DNA of 48,124 bases, the filler included, from Catajapyx aquilonaris (Eukaryota), in the NCBI GenBank assembly GCA_000934665.2. It is 2 parts of 2 records of this genome, joined end to end, with 100 filler letters (N's around TTAATTAATTAA, not from the genome) between each part and the next. Parts side by side here need not be neighbours in the genome. Positions count along the whole stretch, not along the records: positions 24,099 to 48,124 come from JYFJ02005590.1; 1 more part is not named here. One strand, 5' to 3'. Shown piece by piece: positions 47,298-48,124 of this stretch (positions are counted from its first letter, which is position 1; every line of letters begins with the position of its first letter). The position numbers were made by a program, and so were the translations under genes. The notes beneath the pieces were generated by a model. That model saw only the letters and a program-made list of their open reading frames with translations. It was not told the DNA's origin and did not search any database.

Positions 47298-47855
47298 GTA
47301 ATAATTATTGCTAGTGCTTTTATTACTGTTATTGTTATTTTTTGATAGGCCTACTGCTAGAGCGTACTATCTGTACTATGCAATACCTTGATGGGCACCT
47401 TGATGCTCAATAATTCGGCGTATCTCGTCAGCACATCCCAAGGAGCATGTACTTTCACGTAGACAGTGAGTCCGTCCAGTGAAGACTGAAATATATTACG
47501 CAGTTAGTAATCAGGCAGAAAATGCACTGCAAAAAATATTTCTCTTAGAGATGACAAAAATGGTTATCTACTACTTTTCATATGTAGTTGTTGAGAATTT
47601 TGGAACGTATTTCGTACCGCTGGATCTTCAACCTCCATGTCGAAGCCTTCATCCTCCAAATTTCCAATAAAATTTCTTCGCATTTTATCGCGCTTTTTGT
47701 CTTCGTCTTCCTCGAAGGCGATAATCATATCGATTCTTCTTTTACCATCGTTGAAAAAGAGGTCCTTCAATGCACAATCCAATTAATTATTATTTTAAGT
47801 CTGTTACCTGCACTTTGCCTATATGTATACTCACTTCTGAATTTACACACTGCAT
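43095..47855 (-). CDS. Anoctamin / TMEM16 family Ca2+-activated channel or scramblase (multi-exon; one frame break at 44635-44653)
   Basis: Motifs [117 protein letters not shown] at 43095; AATAAA at 43053-43058. Candidate ATG at 47855 with an upstream in-frame stop. Confidence 0.95.
43281..43575 (-). mobile_element. Non-autonomous Helitron in the last anoctamin intron
   Basis: Minus strand A|TC...CTAG|T at an AT target, (CTGT)n near the 5' end, termini shared with 39205-39425. Confidence 0.78.
43788..44018. mobile_element. TA-flanked palindromic MITE in an anoctamin intron
   Basis: TA|CAGTG ... CACTG|TA. Homologous to 39528-39795. Confidence 0.75.
44973..45313. mobile_element. TIR MITE with 7-bp TSD (P-element-like by inference) at an anoctamin splice donor
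   Basis: ACCGTAC|CAGGGAGCATAT ... ATATGCTCCCTG|ACCGTAC, with ~85-bp internal inverted arms. Confidence 0.82.
47094..47296. repeat. Opposed trinucleotide microsatellites (ATC)~23 and (GAT)26 in one intron
   Basis: 47094-47164 and 47219-47296 are mutually complementary. Confidence 0.95.
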
Positions 47856-48030
47856 CGTTACCACAGTTCAGAAAGCCTCACTGAACCACCTGCAGGAATA
47901 ATTAACCTTTTTCAGGAGTCCTCAACAATCATTAATCGTAACAATGACGGTGACCATGGATATTTTATTTACGTGATTAGGTAAAGGCTGAATGAAAATT
48001 AGGCTTGGTTAATTTCAGTGGTAGTGAATA

Positions 48031-48124
48031 CAGGGTGTTTATTGTAACTCTGCAAAGACTTTCAGGGGTAATAGAGGGGACCAAGACAAGTATTTTTGAC
48101 ATAGGAACCCGTGTCCGGAAACGC
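48031..48124. mobile_element. Probable start of a Tc1/mariner-type MITE, cut by the window end
   Basis: TA|CAGGGTGTTT terminus like the other MITEs in the window; partner TIR not visible. Confidence 0.4.

Noticed and set aside
46848..47314. Poly-Ile, poly-His and poly-Asp ORFs (also 7875-8165)
   Set aside because: Translations of microsatellites in an intron or SINE tail.

Overview
Eukaryotic, invertebrate (arthropod-like) genomic DNA in two very different halves. They are joined by an N-gap (23999-24098) carrying an artificial-looking TTAATTAATTAA spacer, so adjacency across the gap is unproven. Left half (1-24 kb): the first two coding exons of a minus-strand mitochondrial lipoyl-domain gene (PDHX/E3BP-like). 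Its ~15.7 kb first intron holds nested transposons: a near-intact Merlin element, a Mutator/SWIM pseudogene split by three insertions, LINE and SINE remnants and many MITEs/palindromes. A foldback element with ~1.09 kb arms follows. Right half (24-48 kb): a compact minus-strand gene array of three ankyrin-only genes with uninterrupted CDS, four secreted multi-domain C-type lectin genes and an anoctamin/TMEM16 gene. The lectins hold 19 CTLDs, and all 31 introns I could place are phase 1. The lectin-ankyrin array, with its fully symmetric half-domain exons, is the best candidate for an undescribed system, probably immune-related. All calls come from reading the sequence by eye; no database searches were run.
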